Below, piece after piece: positions 16,429 to 25,284 of a DNA stretch of 35,201 nt. Position 1 is the stretch's first letter. Every line of letters begins with the position of its first letter. The translations under genes and the position numbers were made by a program. The stretch comes from Gemmatimonadota bacterium (GTDB lineage: Bacteria > Gemmatimonadota > Gemmatimonadetes > Palauibacterales > KS3-K002). Below the pieces are notes generated by a model. It was not told the DNA's origin. It ran no database searches and saw only the letters and a list, made by a program, of their open reading frames with translations. The DNA is taken from NCBI GenBank assembly GCA_039586795.1, contig JBDHJS010000037.1, positions 1 to 35,201 on the forward strand. Reading direction: 5' to 3'.

Positions 16429-17973
16429 CTATGGGCTGGCGGGTGGCTGCGCAAGCGCTGAGCCCGAGGCGACGTGCATGCTCCACCAATCGCGCGCACC
16501 CTCGCCCGTCCAGGGGGTCTTTACTTCGCACGCTCCTAGCAGCTGCGAGAGCTCGTCGACAGTCTGAGGTCGATCATCAGGATCCTTCTCCAGGCAGCGG
16601 AGAATGACTTGCTCGAGTGACACGGGTATGTCGAGCTCTGTGCGCTGCGATGGCGGGACAGGTTGCTCTCGTACATGCTGAACTACGGTATCCATCGCCG
16701 TAGCACCGCGAAAAACGAGCTCGCCGGTCACGAGCCAGTACGCCAGGCAGCCGAGGGCATAGATATCGGCGCGTACATCGGTCGGTCGGTCACCCAGGAT
16801 CTGCTCCGGCGCCATGTACCCGGGTGTCCCGCTCACGGCGTCCTCGGCCGTTAACTCCCCAAGTCCGCTCTCCGCCTCCCCCCTCTCCTTCACCAATCCG
16901 AAGTCCAGAACCTTGATGAAGTCCACTTCACGCCCATAGCGGCAGACGTATACGTTTCCCGGCTTGATGTCGCGGTGAATGAACCCCATCTCGTGAGCTT
17001 CGCCAAGCGATTCACAAATTTGCTGAAGGAAGAAAATCGCGCGCTCGGCGGGCACGGGGCCAAAACGCTTGACGATCGTTTCTACATCGAAGCCTTCGAG
17101 GAGCTCCATGACATAGTAGAACGTCCCGTCGTCCGCGACGCCGAAGTCGTAAAGCTGTATGGTGTGCGGTGACCGTAACAGCGCGGTCGCCTGCGCCTCG
17201 CGCTCGAACCGCTTGAGCCCGGTCTGCTGGTTCGGGGCGTCGCCTCCCAGCACCTCCGGATGCATCAGCTTGACCGCCGCCGGACGAGCCAACAGCCGGT
17301 GTTGGGCGCGCCACACCTCACCCATGCCGCCGCGCCCCAACATCGTCTCCAGCCGATAGCTACCCATCTCCAGCGCTTCGGTTGCCTGAACGCCCAGCCG
17401 GTAGACGATTCTGGAGACGAGGGCGGCCAGGACAACCGCAACGACATGGGGAACGAAGCGGGCAGCGGTGATGGCGGGCGGCGCTGGGATACGTCCGGAG
17501 GCGATGAGAGTCAGCAGGCTCAAGGGATCCATGGCGACGATGAGGGTGGCCATCAGAACGACCTTCCCCGTTCGAGCCGGCAGAACGACTGAAAAAACCA
17601 CTGCCCAGACGGCGATCGGCGACCAGTCCATGCTGGGTGTTTCGGGCAGCGGCATGCCGTTGACCACAACTCCCAAAGCAAAGCAGCCCACCATCGCCCA
17701 GCCGTACCCTAGATTCAACAGTACTTTCGGGGCGTAGCGCTCCGTGCGAATCAGATAGTAGAGGATGAAGCTCGAGGCGATGAAAATTCCGTCGAGGACG
17801 TAGTCGAACAGGGCGAGCGGAAGGATGTCCGTGAACACATACAGTGGTATCAAGGCCAGCTCTACCGATCCTACCACAAGACAGAACTTTCCGAGGCGCC
17901 GAGCGGCTTCCTTGTTGAGCTCCGCCCCCCAGGAATGGAGGGCCGGGATCATCTTACTTGCTGGTGTGCCCAT
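16429..17973 (-). CDS. Ser/Thr protein kinase with an N-terminal multi-pass membrane sensor domain
   Basis: About 6 TM helices, then LGRGGMGEVW, AAVK, HRDIKPGN, DFGLVK and GTPGYMAPEQ. The start is uncertain (ATG 17973 or 17952). Confidence 0.92.
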   Translation of the reverse strand: MGTPASKMIPALHSWGAELNKEAARRLGKFCLVVGSVELALIPLYVFTDILPLALFDYVLDGIFIASSFILYYLIRTERYAPKVLLNLGYGWAMVGCFALGVVVNGMPLPETPSMDWSPIAVWAVVFSVVLPARTGKVVLMATLIVAMDPLSLLTLIASGRIPAPPAITAARFVPHVVAVVLAALVSRIVYRLGVQATEALEMGSYRLETMLGRGGMGEVWRAQHRLLARPAAVKLMHPEVLGGDAPNQQTGLKRFEREAQATALLRSPHTIQLYDFGVADDGTFYYVMELLEGFDVETIVKRFGPVPAERAIFFLQQICESLGEAHEMGFIHRDIKPGNVYVCRYGREVDFIKVLDFGLVKERGEAESGLGELTAEDAVSGTPGYMAPEQILGDRPTDVRADIYALGCLAYWLVTGELVFRGATAMDTVVQHVREQPVPPSQRTELDIPVSLEQVILRCLEKDPDDRPQTVDELSQLLGACEVKTPWTGEGARDWWSMHVASGSALAQPPASP

Positions 17974-18144
17974 AGTCGGTACGCGATTTACTTGCCGAGG
18001 GTGATATCTCGGTGAGAATATCAAGGTGATTGTGGGGCTGTTGCACGAAGGCACTTGGCTCGGCTTGTGCCAAGATGCGGCACTTGGGCGTCATGAGCAA
18101 ACGAGGGTCGCCAGCTTGTGGACCGCCAGCCACGGGAGTTCTGC

Positions 18145-18678
18145 TTGAAGGGCACCGCTGTACTCAAGGAGCCGACGAGCTGCACGGAGGTGGAGCGCCG
18201 AGAGTTCGAGCGCCTCGTTCGCGAAGGCTTCGAGGGCTCGGACGACCAGCTACCCGCTCGCATTCGTGCTGCGAAATGGCTCGCGTTCTATTATGCGGCA
18301 GGAAACAGGCTCGTGGCCATCGCCGGTCTAAAGACGCGCAGCGAACGGTTTCGAGACGAAGTCTTCGAGAAAGCGGGCGCGGGCACCAGCGCTGCTGATT
18401 ACTCACTCGAACTCGGCTGGGTCTACGTTCCCGCAGTCCACCGAGGAAACCGCATCGGCAAGTATCTCTGCAAGCAGCTACTGGAATGTGAGCCCGCGAC
18501 CGGCATCTTCGCGACAACTCGCCCGAACAACACTCCGATGATCAAGATCCTCCGCGCACTCGGGTTCGAGCGGGTCGGCAAGCCGTACCCGCGTCGGGAT
18601 GAAGAGCTTGTACTCTTCTTACAGTGCGGCACTGCCGAGTCGAAACCCCTACCCTCTGGCGTTCGTAGGACCCGGTAA
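18145..18678 (+). CDS. GNAT family N-acetyltransferase
   Basis: ELGWVYVPAVHRGNRIG (acetyl-CoA binding motif) and NTPMIKILRALGF. Start is TTG 18145 after GGGAG, or GTG 18118. Confidence 0.82.
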   Translation: MKGTAVLKEPTSCTEVERREFERLVREGFEGSDDQLPARIRAAKWLAFYYAAGNRLVAIAGLKTRSERFRDEVFEKAGAGTSAADYSLELGWVYVPAVHRGNRIGKYLCKQLLECEPATGIFATTRPNNTPMIKILRALGFERVGKPYPRRDEELVLFLQCGTAESKPLPSGVRRTR

Positions 18679-18701
18679 AGCACAATCGGGAGGATTCATT
18701 T

Positions 18702-19772
18702 ATGCACGGTGTCTTTCTCGCTCTTATCATGCCCCTACTCCTGGCCACCCAAGATTTGGACGAGGTGATCTACCCTGGCTACACCTGGAGGCCTTTGGGG
18801 GGGGACGTCTACATTCATACCAGAAACGACCCGCTCGCCGGGCCGATCGACGGCAATTCCACGGTGATCGTCAATGAGAACGACGTCTTCATCGTCGATA
18901 CCCACATCAACCCAGCCGTAGCCCGGGCCGTCATCGCCAAGATCCAGTCGATCACCGACAATCCAGTAACGCACGTCATCAACACCCATTGGCACGACGA
19001 CCACACCAACGGGAATCACGCTTACCGGCAGACGTTTCCGGAGGCCACCATCATCGCCCATCGGGCGACGCGAGCGTTTCTCGATGAGGAGTGGGAGCCC
19101 ATGGAGGACCAACGACGCAGCGCGTTCGAGTCGGTTGCCGGCCGGGACATCTTGGCCGCGGCCGCCGCGGTTGAAGTCGAAGATCCCGAGCGGGCGATAA
19201 TGCTACGAACGTTCGCGGGCTATCGGGACGCGCTCGAACCGGAGTTGCCCACGATGGAATTGGTCTACCCGGACCTGATGTTCGATGAACGCCTGGTCTT
19301 CGAGCGCGGCGAACGGACGATCGTCGTCCAGTGGCTGGGCCGGGGGAATACGGATGGCGATGCGGTGGTGTGGTTGCCCGAGGAAAAGCTATTGATCACC
19401 GGCGACATGCTCGTGGCACCCATCCCGTACGCGTTCGACTCTCCGATGGTCGAGTGGGTGGGCACGCTTCGGAAGGCCGCCGAGTTGGGTGCCGAGACCA
19501 TCGTGCCGGGTCATGGCGCGGTACAGAACGACGCCACGTATCTCGATCAAGTCACGACGCTGTTGGAAGCGACGCTCGCCGCCGTGAGAGATGCGCAAGC
19601 CGCCGGCGTCGGCTACGAGGTTCTAGCCGAAGCGGTGGATCTGGGAGAGTACGAGCGGCTCTTCACCGGCGGCGACGTAACGCGCGAGTACGCATGGCGC
19701 TCCTACTACCTGCAGCCTGGTTTGGCGAGCGCCTGGAGATCTCTCGGATATCCGGTGCCTGACGAGCAGTAG
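18702..19772 (+). CDS. Secreted MBL-fold metallo-hydrolase
   Basis: GGAGG SD; signal peptide; INTHWHDDHTNGN (HxHxDH), TGDML and VPGHG. Confidence 0.92.
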   Translation: MHGVFLALIMPLLLATQDLDEVIYPGYTWRPLGGDVYIHTRNDPLAGPIDGNSTVIVNENDVFIVDTHINPAVARAVIAKIQSITDNPVTHVINTHWHDDHTNGNHAYRQTFPEATIIAHRATRAFLDEEWEPMEDQRRSAFESVAGRDILAAAAAVEVEDPERAIMLRTFAGYRDALEPELPTMELVYPDLMFDERLVFERGERTIVVQWLGRGNTDGDAVVWLPEEKLLITGDMLVAPIPYAFDSPMVEWVGTLRKAAELGAETIVPGHGAVQNDATYLDQVTTLLEATLAAVRDAQAAGVGYEVLAEAVDLGEYERLFTGGDVTREYAWRSYYLQPGLASAWRSLGYPVPDEQ

Positions 19773-19779
19773 AGACACC

Positions 19780-22323
19780 TCAGTCTCTTCTCAAAGCCTC
19801 CATCGGGGCGATCCCTGACGCCCTCAACGCCGGGGCCAAGCCTGCAGCGATGACCATGAAGAGCAGCAGGGCTCCGGCGGACAGGAAGGAGACGGGATCA
19901 ACGGGGCTCAGCCCCAGGAGCATGGAACGCAACGCCGCCGCCGTGCCGACCGCCAGGAGACCGCCCGCCAACAAGCCGGGCCCCACCATGCGAAGCGCAT
20001 CCCCCAGGACATCAAGGATGACGGTCTTTCGACTGGCTCCCAAGGCGATGCGAAGACCGATCTCCCGGGTACGATTCGTGACGGCGAAGGCCACGACCCC
20101 GTGGACGCCCATCGCGGAAAGCAAAAGGACCAGCAGGCCAAGACCGCCGGCGATTTGTCCACTGGTCCGCTGCTCCTGGGTGGCACGGGCCACAAGGTAT
20201 GGGGCGGGTAACAACAACGGAGAGGGCAGACCCGGGTCCACCGATCGCATCGCCTCACGGACCGGTCCAGCGAGTGAGGACGGATCGCTGTCCGCCCGAA
20301 CGAGAACGACGATATCGGGATCGGCCGACTGTCTAAGCGGGAGAAACGCGTGGGGCCAATCCTCCGTTACCGAACTCGATGCCACGTCTGCAACTACCCC
20401 CACGACCGTCCAGGTCATGGCGTCTTCGGCGCCGACCCGGTAGAACTGCTGACCCAGAGCGTCGGCGCCCGGCCAGAGGCGTTCAGCGAACGATCGAGTC
20501 ACGACCGCCACTCGAGGTGCCGTCGCATCATCGGTTCGGAGGAGGGCTCTGCCCTGAAGGACCGGTGTGCCGATAGTGGAGAAGTAATCCTCCGTAACCT
20601 GTGTGTACTCCACCCTCACCCCAGTATCATCAGAGCCTAACCGATCCACAGAGGCGACGGAGAGATAGGCTCGCCTTCGATCGAGTGGAAAGCCATCGGC
20701 CACGGCCACAGATGCGACGCCCGGCAAAGAGCCGACCGCCTCCATCACTTCGTTCACCAGAGCCGATCCACCCTCTTCCATGCTGGGGTAGCCCTCTTCG
20801 GCAATGTCCAGACGCGCGAGGAACGGGCCACCGGTCCGGAAGTCGGTGACCACCATACCTTCGGGTCTAAATCCAATCTGACTTTCGTCCGTTTGCTGCA
20901 AAGAGCGGAGGAACAGTGCCGCTATCAGGAGCAGGAGAAAGGCCGCGCCGGTCTGGAACGCCGCCGCATAGCGTTGGAACCTACCGACCCGTCGGCCGCC
21001 ACCGCCGCCGGTATCATCCTTTAGCGCGGACACCAGCTCCGGCCGGCTGAAGCGAAGCGCGGGCAGGAGTCCGAACGCCTGAGCCGCCACCAGAGAAAGA
21101 ATCAGCGACATGGCTAGCGTCCATCCGCTGGGCGCGAAGGTCGCGCCGGGCGCGGAGATACCCAGGTCCATCGGCGAGACGCGTGTCATCAACGTCATGG
21201 CCAGGAGAATCCCGACTCCCCCACCAACCAGCGACAAGACGACCGCCTCCACCATGAGCTGCCTCACCAGGCGGAGACGACTCGACCCCAGGGCCAGCCT
21301 CACGGCGATCTCGTGTTCCCGGGTAGCAGATCTGGCCAACGCCATCCCCGCCAGATTGCCGCAGATGATGAGAAGGAGAACCGCTAATAGACCGGCGACA
21401 CCGACTACGGCGATCACATCGTAGATACGGTTCTGCGCCGGAAAGCGCCCGTAGCTGACCGCCTTGACCGTGCGGTCCTTGTTGGTCTCGGGATACTCGG
21501 TCGCCAGACCGGCGAACACCGTCTGGACCGCTGCCCGGGCTTCGGACAGCGTTGCACCGGGGCCTAGCCGTCCCAGCACCTGAACCGTGAGCTGTTCCCG
21601 ATCGCTGAACACCGATGCATCGCCGCCGGCGTCCGGGTGCTGAAAGAGGGGCACCCACACATCGACGCCAGACTGATTCACGCGCGCACCTATGAAGTCC
21701 TCCGGCGCGACGCCGACCACCGTGTATGGGATGCCATCCAGAATCAGAGACTGGTCCAGAACATCGGAGCGTCCAGTCAGCTGGTCTTGCCAGAAGTCGT
21801 GGCTCACCACCGCTACCGGGTGTTGGCCGGCGCCCCGGTCCTCGGAATCCAAGAATCCCCTTCCCATCGCAGGAAGAGCTCCAAGGACATAGAAGTACTC
21901 GGAGGTGGCATAAGCCATCCTAATCCGACTGCTGCCGTCTTCTGCACCCAAGGTCGCGTCTCTTTCGGCCCACGCGGTCAGGAACTGGAACGGAGTGTTT
22001 GCGTCTCTGACGCTTTCGAAGTCGGGATAGGCCCACCAGAAGGATTCGTGCCCCCTGATGACAGGGACCATGTCCACGATCCGATCTTCACCCGTCACGC
22101 CCGGAACCGGAGCCAGCAAGACGGAATGGATCGCCGTGAACATGGAGGTGTTCACCCCGATCCCCACGGCGAGGGAGATGACGGCTACAATGGCGAAGCC
22201 TCTGGCCTTTCGGAGGCTCCTAACCGTGTAGCGAACGTCTTGAAGGATATCGGAGAACAGTTTACGGAGCAGCTGAGCAAGCGGCCATACGAACGCTATG
22301 GCGCCGGGTCTTCGCGAGGGCAT
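19780..22323 (-). CDS. Duplicated MacB/FtsX-type ABC permease (ADOP-like orphan permease)
   Basis: AAGGAG SD before ATG 22323; QDVRYTVRSLRK start; two MacB periplasmic domains and two FtsX motifs (REHEIAVRLALGS, RTREIGLRIALGA); ends PMEALRRD. Confidence 0.92.
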   Translation of the reverse strand: MPSRRPGAIAFVWPLAQLLRKLFSDILQDVRYTVRSLRKARGFAIVAVISLAVGIGVNTSMFTAIHSVLLAPVPGVTGEDRIVDMVPVIRGHESFWWAYPDFESVRDANTPFQFLTAWAERDATLGAEDGSSRIRMAYATSEYFYVLGALPAMGRGFLDSEDRGAGQHPVAVVSHDFWQDQLTGRSDVLDQSLILDGIPYTVVGVAPEDFIGARVNQSGVDVWVPLFQHPDAGGDASVFSDREQLTVQVLGRLGPGATLSEARAAVQTVFAGLATEYPETNKDRTVKAVSYGRFPAQNRIYDVIAVVGVAGLLAVLLLIICGNLAGMALARSATREHEIAVRLALGSSRLRLVRQLMVEAVVLSLVGGGVGILLAMTLMTRVSPMDLGISAPGATFAPSGWTLAMSLILSLVAAQAFGLLPALRFSRPELVSALKDDTGGGGGRRVGRFQRYAAAFQTGAAFLLLLIAALFLRSLQQTDESQIGFRPEGMVVTDFRTGGPFLARLDIAEEGYPSMEEGGSALVNEVMEAVGSLPGVASVAVADGFPLDRRRAYLSVASVDRLGSDDTGVRVEYTQVTEDYFSTIGTPVLQGRALLRTDDATAPRVAVVTRSFAERLWPGADALGQQFYRVGAEDAMTWTVVGVVADVASSSVTEDWPHAFLPLRQSADPDIVVLVRADSDPSSLAGPVREAMRSVDPGLPSPLLLPAPYLVARATQEQRTSGQIAGGLGLLVLLLSAMGVHGVVAFAVTNRTREIGLRIALGASRKTVILDVLGDALRMVGPGLLAGGLLAVGTAAALRSMLLGLSPVDPVSFLSAGALLLFMVIAAGLAPALRASGIAPMEALRRD

Positions 22324-22428
22324 GTTAGGCTCCTTCGCCTTGAAGGCTCCTGGATGGGGCACCCGCCAATACGTTCAGGCAGCGAGGGAGGTTTCATGTG
22401 CAGACGCGGCCAGGCAGCCTGCGCCAAC

Positions 22429-22707
22429 TCACGGCGTTGAGGCCAGTTCTCGTATCAGAGCGTTCTGCTCTTGCAGCAGCTCCAGGATCTGATCGTTCTG
22501 CTCAGCCAGTCGCGGCAGCGTAGACATCACGAGTCGCGGCGGGGAGTCTTCTGGCATCCCCTCCATCATACGTCCCATATGCGAGGTCAACCGTTCCCGC
22601 ATCCTTGCAGCAAGGCGGCTGATGGGCTCGTGTCGCTTCTCCGACACAATCCTTGCGGCGACGGCGCCGCCAAGCACAATCCCGGAAACAAGCATTAGCC
22701 GCTTCAT
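22429..22707 (-). CDS. Hypothetical 92-aa protein with an N-terminal TM helix and C-terminal coiled coil
   Basis: Strong AAGGAGG SD 15 nt after the CMD gene stop; hydrophobic N-terminus; Met-rich middle segment. Confidence 0.7.
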   Translation of the reverse strand: MKRLMLVSGIVLGGAVAARIVSEKRHEPISRLAARMRERLTSHMGRMMEGMPEDSPPRLVMSTLPRLAEQNDQILELLQEQNALIRELASTP

Positions 22708-22722
22708 GGCGTTACCTCCTTG

Positions 22723-23166
22723 CTAGATGATCTTGCAGCACAGAGAGTCGGCCTTTCCCCTTATGAATCGAGCCAAACCCACCACCGCCTCGATCTCGTC
22801 GTCCGCGATGCCGACACTGCGCGCGATGGCCACGTGTTCTTCCAAGCTAGAGGTGCAGCTTACCGCATAAGCCGCACCGAGAGACACGAGTTCCTTGATC
22901 CGAGTCGGTTCGCCTGGCTCAGGATCCTCTTCGTCTTCAACATGCGCGACCCTCTTGCGGCCCAGTAGCTTGAAGCCGTGCCTTTCCATGATCTTCTTGG
23001 CTCTGTCGCGCACCGCGATGCCAGCCAACATCGCCTGTTCTACATCTCCGTCGGAAGCGCCAGCTGCGCGCACCCTCTTCAAATGATAGTCGGTGCACGG
23101 TTTACAGCCTGCCGCCAGCGACGTGCCAACGGCGACGAGCTCTCTTTCCTTTATCGTGAGCGACAT
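22723..23166 (-). CDS. Tandem two-domain CMD/AhpD-like protein (147 aa) with CKPC and C-terminal CC
   Basis: KERELVAVGTSLAAGCKPCTDYH...ARAAG in repeat 1 and KELVSLGAAYAVSCTSSLEEH...ARSVG in repeat 2; ends DSLCCKII. Confidence 0.85.
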   Translation of the reverse strand: MSLTIKERELVAVGTSLAAGCKPCTDYHLKRVRAAGASDGDVEQAMLAGIAVRDRAKKIMERHGFKLLGRKRVAHVEDEEDPEPGEPTRIKELVSLGAAYAVSCTSSLEEHVAIARSVGIADDEIEAVVGLARFIRGKADSLCCKII

Positions 23167-23308
23167 ATCAGATATCCGCCAGGGACGGCGCAGGCTAATC
23201 GCGTGTAGATATGGAGAAGTGTGGACTTGGCCTAACATACTACCCGGGCGGACACATGGAAACTCCTTCGTGGGCACGATCAGCCAAACCAGGGCTCGGC
23301 CACTGGCG

Positions 23309-23866
23309 CTAGCTTTCTCGCTTTTGCAGGAGAGCGAGGAGTCTCGTCGTTGTATTCCAATTACGGATGGTCACCTGCGGGTAGATCGGCGTTTGGGATA
23401 TTTTTGATAAATAGCTTTGGCTCGCTCTCTTGATCAGGCGGGAGAAATAGAGAACGCCTTCACCAGCGTACGCCTTATCTACTCCTTCTCTCGTGCGGAC
23501 GCTCCTCAACGCCTCGCGCGCAGTCAGCGGGCGCTTCAGAAAGGCGACGTCATAACGATAGTTATCCGCGTCCTTGCCAAATCCTCTGGGCGCTTGCTTC
23601 ACAATCTTCTCGAGTTCATTCAGCGATACGACGACGACCCGGGATTCGTATTTGAACCGCCTCGAAAGCGCCTCTTCAATCTCTCCCGCAAGAGCGTTGC
23701 GGTTCTTTCCCGATGTTCTGATCAGGACGTTACCGCTTTGAATATAGGTGGCCACATCGGCATGTCCCATCTTCTCGAAGCATGCCTTGAGCTCGGCCAT
23801 CTTGATGATGTTCTTCCCGCCAACGTTGATGCCGCGCAGCAGCACCAGGTAGTGTTTTCCGTTCAT
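23309..23866 (-). CDS. DUF1697 domain protein
   Basis: YLVLLRGINVGGKNIIKMAELK, VATYIQSGNV and TIRNWNT are hallmark DUF1697 motifs. Start ATG 23866. Confidence 0.92.
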   Translation of the reverse strand: MNGKHYLVLLRGINVGGKNIIKMAELKACFEKMGHADVATYIQSGNVLIRTSGKNRNALAGEIEEALSRRFKYESRVVVVSLNELEKIVKQAPRGFGKDADNYRYDVAFLKRPLTAREALRSVRTREGVDKAYAGEGVLYFSRLIKRASQSYLSKISQTPIYPQVTIRNWNTTTRLLALLQKRES

Positions 23867-24003
23867 CTTCTTAGTAATGCAAATACCTGATAAAAGGTTC
23901 TGTGTTGATCCGGAAAGATGTCGTCGCGTGGCAGGTAAATTCAACTGCATCTTCCCCAGCAACGGGATGATGGCGCTTGCGTCGCCCTGCATTCGAGCGC
24001 TAA

Positions 24004-25194
24004 ATGAAAGGCATGTCCACCGTGGTGACCGCCCGCGACGTCATCGTCCCCTGTGAAGCCAAGGGACACAAGGTCCGCCTGGCCGGGGGCCTGCGCTTCT
24101 GGGCCGGCGCACGCTGCCCGGTGTGTCGCTCTCGGGTCGACCCCAAACGGTACCGCCGGGTGCTGCGATGGGTAGCGAACCTCAAAGCGCCAGCTTCGTC
24201 AGCACGCGGACCGCGGGTCGCCTGGTGGACCACGGTTGTGTACCTGGCTTTCGCGATCGTGTCCGCCGCCGCGCTCTGGTGGCTGAGCGATCGCTGGTGG
24301 CTCGCGACGGTGCTGCTATTCGGGCCGAGGTGGGTCCTTCTGCTTCCCCTGCTCCTTATCGCAGCCGCAGCGATCCGTTGGGATCGTGCACTCCTCGTTC
24401 CGCTCCTGCTCTCGGGGCTGATCGTGCTCGGGCCGGTCGTGGGATTCCACACGGGCTGGCTTCGGGCCTTTGTGTGGGAAGACCAGGAGCGTGATATCCG
24501 CGTAGTGAGCCTCAACGCGGAGGGTGGCCGGCTCTGGGCACTCGAGGTGAACAGCCTCATCTACGACTGGGAAGTGGACATAGCGGCCTTCCAGGAGTGC
24601 CGTGGCCCACTGCAAGAAGCTCTAACGTGGCTGGGAGAAGACTGGTACACGGACGCTCGAAGCGGCTTCTGCCTGGTCAGCCGGTTCGAGATCGTCGAAA
24701 CGCTCGAGATGGACCGTGAGGCGTTCCAGTTCGCCGGCGGGGGCGCTGTAATCGCAACCTACCTGCTCGATGTACACGGCGAGTTGGTCCGCCTGACGAA
24801 CGTCCACCTCGAGACGCCTCGTGCGGGGCTCGAGCTAATCCTTGCCGGCCGCCTGGGCGAGGGAATCCTAAAACTCGGTGAGAGGTCGGCCTTGCGTGAG
24901 GTCGAGCTTCGTCGTGCGCGCGAATGGGTAGACCAGTTCTCGGGCCCACAGATCGTGGTTGGCGACTTCAACACGCCGCCCGAGAGCCCGATCTATAGAG
25001 GCCCCTGGTCCGACTGGCAGAACGCGTTCTCGCTCATGGGGCGCGGAGTCGGCGGCACCCGCATGAACGGCTGGATCCGCGTCCGCATTGATCACATCCT
25101 GGCGAGCGAGCACTGGCAGGTCGTCAGCTCGCGGGTCGCCGATGACGTCGGCTCCGATCACCGACCGATCCTGGCCTCAGTGCGCCGGCGCTGA
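24004..25194 (+). CDS. Membrane-anchored endonuclease/exonuclease/phosphatase (EEP) family protein with an N-terminal Cys/His-rich segment
   Basis: VVSLN, AFQE, VHLETP, VVGDFN, RIDHIL and GSDHRP motifs; 3 TM helices; N-terminal C..H...CPVC. Confidence 0.9.
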   Translation: MKGMSTVVTARDVIVPCEAKGHKVRLAGGLRFWAGARCPVCRSRVDPKRYRRVLRWVANLKAPASSARGPRVAWWTTVVYLAFAIVSAAALWWLSDRWWLATVLLFGPRWVLLLPLLLIAAAAIRWDRALLVPLLLSGLIVLGPVVGFHTGWLRAFVWEDQERDIRVVSLNAEGGRLWALEVNSLIYDWEVDIAAFQECRGPLQEALTWLGEDWYTDARSGFCLVSRFEIVETLEMDREAFQFAGGGAVIATYLLDVHGELVRLTNVHLETPRAGLELILAGRLGEGILKLGERSALREVELRRAREWVDQFSGPQIVVGDFNTPPESPIYRGPWSDWQNAFSLMGRGVGGTRMNGWIRVRIDHILASEHWQVVSSRVADDVGSDHRPILASVRRR

Positions 25195-25284
25195 GCGCGT
25201 CACTTCACGTTCCACATCTCGCGGAGCTGTTTCAGAACTTCCATCCGATCTGCCATAGCCAGCTTGACTCCCCTAGTTCTCCGC

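Noticed and set aside
23167..23992. Longer N-terminal extensions in the ORF track for the CMD (to 23277) and DUF1697 (to 23992) genes
   Set aside because: Family motifs begin at the downstream ATGs (23166 and 23866), and the extensions look non-coding.
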